From positions 45,776 through 109,775 of the forward strand of contig CDMY01000345.1 of the NCBI GenBank assembly GCA_001179505.1: 64,000 nucleotides of DNA, written 5' to 3'. This DNA comes from Vitrella brassicaformis CCMP3155 (taxonomy: Eukaryota > Protista > Chromerida). Below are positions 61,927 through 64,000 of the stretch, in pieces (position 1 is the first letter of the stretch; each line of letters starts with the position of its first letter). Under the pieces are notes generated by a model. That model did no database searches. It was given only the letters and a program-made list of their open reading frames with translations, and was not told the DNA's origin. The position numbers and the translations under genes were made by a program.

Positions 61927-63784
61927 GTGATATTTGGCAGCAGCCTGGGTGCGCCTTTGAGTGTGTGGCTCTTCACTCCCTCTTCGTGCCGCACATATTC
62001 GGCCAATGCAGCTTCACGTTGCTGTACAGGTGCATGCACAATCACGACACATGCAAGCTCGGTCGCCCTCGTTTGCATTGTGTTGTCAGGGCTTCGCGTG
62101 ATGGTGGCAAGATTCGTGATATGTATCGCCATGTGGGCGATGCGACGGGCTTGGTGTTTGTCGTCCGCAAAGGTCAGTACACCTTTGGTGTATACATCAG
62201 CGATGGAATCAGACCACCGGTGGCTCAGAGCGAGGCCGAGTACCGGCTCGTCAATGCCAGTTATAGAGTAACGAAGAGCATCTACAGGCAGCATCAGCAA
62301 AGAAAGGCGAGAAGATGGTCGTGGATGTGTGTTGTGGTGTTGTGTATTGTATGTCAGGCTGATAGGGGTGATGGCATGCAGCTGACAGTCAAAAAGGGCG
62401 ACGCCGTCCAAGTCTTCCTTCACGACCCCTCCGGATGGACATATGGCGAGTAAGACATAGACGAGACAAACTCTCATGTCTTCTTTCTGCACTATTTCTC
62501 AGATTGAGCAACGGCAACTGCGGGTGGTTCTCCGACCGCTGCCTGGGCAAGCGCCTCACCGGACAGCCATTCGGCATGGCAGCAAGAGAGGCAGCGGACA
62601 CCCACAATCACCACCACCAACAGCAGCTGCAGCAATCCGGTGTGATGCATTCAACGCTCAACCCCCGCGCCAAGCCGTGGCACCCCTTCCAGGGGCCCTC
62701 ATTCAGCGACATACTCATGCGGGGCGACGGAAATGGTCATGCGGGGGATGCGGAGCGGCGGACATCGTGGCCATGGGGGGGTTGGCATGGGGTGTTGGTT
62801 TGCGGTCATGAGGACAACACCTCATGTGTGCATGCGGAGCGGCGCGTCGATGGCACGCCGTGGCTTCTTTTCCAGGGGCTGCCGTTCAGCGACGGCGAGG
62901 GCGGGGGAGGGGCCACATCTGCGCAGGCACGGCAATGCGACGAAGGCAAGAACAATGACAATGGCGATGAGCGAGATAGAACTTGTACAATGTAGCCGTT
63001 ATGTCGGTCAGGGCCTTCGTTTGTCAGCGCCAAGCTGCCCCCATCCCTCGTTGACAGCCAGGAAGGCACCTCAACCACATGCAGCAACCACATCCCTCTC
63101 ACCGCATCACAAAAAAAGATTCACGGTGGCTCGCTCCCGAAGGGCTCTGAAAATGTGCGCACAATCTTAGCACAGGACATTTATGGATATGTTGCCTTGT
63201 ACTGTAATGTGTTCTGTTCTGTAGTGCCAGGCTGATGGGGATGACGCTATGGAGTTGGATACGCTTGAAGTGTTCCTGCGCGACCCATCCGACCGCGACA
63301 TGTGTGAATTGGACAAACACACACACGCAGTCGGAGTTAGCCCGTATCTGTCTTCCTCAGGTTCTTCGATGACAGCTCCAATCGCAGCCTGGGCACCGGA
63401 CGCAACATGGTGTTTTCCCTGGCCGGCCACTTCAGTGCGCCTGCGAAGATCATGCGTCGATACCAGCAGTATGTGCGTGTGGCTAGCCGATTGGAGGTGG
63501 TGTCTACTTCGACTCAATGGAGGCGTGAGATCAGCGAGATCATCGATGAGAACACTTACTCTGATACTGCCGATGTGCGGGAGCGCTGTCAGTTTCTCAT
63601 CAGTGAGGCGCCCCCGGACTATCAAGGGGTGACACATGCACGGGGCTATGCTCTTCTCGGTGGGAGTGAGATCTTCACGGCTGATGAGGTGGAGGTCATT
63701 CGTGCCGAAGGACTCTCATTTCTGCCGCCACGGCAGGTCAGACACGAAGCGTCAATACAAGTGTGTGGTCGCTTGCTGATGTAG
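61927..63784 (+). pseudogene. TLDc-like domain split in two by an SH3/PAM2-like insert, with probable frameshifts
   Basis: N-half FTLLY|RASRDG..VGDATGLVFVVRKGQYTFGVYI. Insert ADRGDGMQLTVKKGDAVQVFLHDPSGWTYGE|LSNGNCGWF (SH3). C-half FSLAGHFSAPAKI..CQF..LLGGSEIFTADEVEVI. One T is missing at 63413-63416 relative to the W-x-FSLAGHF motif of the gene at 1-704. Confidence 0.6.
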
Positions 63785-64000
63785 CCTTCTCTCGCAGATG
63801 ATTGAGGGGAGCACTTTGAATCTCTTCCAATGTGCGGCTATCTGTTGGTGGCACTCGACCGTGGACCGAGCGGCACGGAGCCTCAGTGGGAGCGCTGGAC
63901 CGACCGGTGGCGATGCGAACTTCTGGCAGACCTTCCTCCTCCGATACGGTGCCAAGAGCGGCCGCCTTCGCGCGGCTGTGGCCTCGCTCGTCTCTACCCT

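Larger units (their letters stand above)
1..64000. repeat. Pervasive intronic microsatellites (CA/GT, GA/TC, CTGT/ACAG, GATG/CATC)
   Basis: Tracts such as 11613-11720, 32590-32630 and 43040-43085 sit inside nearly every intron. The GT/CT-rich strand tends to mark the 3' end of introns and was used to call strand. Confidence 0.9.

Noticed and set aside
1-64000. Hundreds of overlapping six-frame ORFs of 60-300 aa
   Set aside because: Most are antisense shadows of GC-rich exons or run through microsatellite introns (THTH, CVCV, LSLS, DRQT runs). The track also uses non-ATG starts that are not appropriate for this eukaryote.
1-64000. CRISPR array, rRNA or tRNA
   Set aside because: No regularly spaced repeat-spacer units, rRNA-like tracts or convincing cloverleaf were seen by eye. 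tRNAscan-SE or Infernal would be needed to exclude small RNAs.

Overview
This is a eukaryotic, gene-dense, GC-rich window with many short GT-AG introns filled with (CA)n/(GT)n, (CTGT)n and (GATG)n microsatellites. Intron style and gene content (ApiAP2-like factor, CtpA protease, lineage-expanded TLDc and BTB families) suggest a chromerid alga such as Vitrella; this is inference, not a database result. About 20 genes were reconstructed by hand-splicing. The recognisable ones are a TLDc-like secreted protein, an isochorismatase-family amidase, RAD17, an AP2-repeat factor, an ODF3/SHIPPO-like protein, a BTB protein, a lesioned GH16-LamG gene, a CtpA/S41 protease, a KH-RING E3, a BIRC6/UBE2Z-type E2, a CENP-B-HTH protein and an SH3/TLDc mosaic. 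Five signals stand out. (1) Three highly diverged tandem paralogs share an unrecognised ~11-Cys domain and a conserved intron (13-18 kb). (2) There are three Crinkler/RHS-like nuclease-fold genes: two P-loop NTPase + REase-like paralogs (one frameshifted by a 17-bp duplication) and one Ubl + intact PD-(D/E)xK gene. (3) A patchwork at 19.3-19.8 kb was copied from two other genes in this window. (4) An E2 and a RING E3 lie head-to-head with ATGs 137 bp apart. (5) An apparent antisense gene overlaps the CtpA 5' end. No rRNA, tRNA or CRISPR array was seen. Internal exon boundaries and several 5' ends are approximate.
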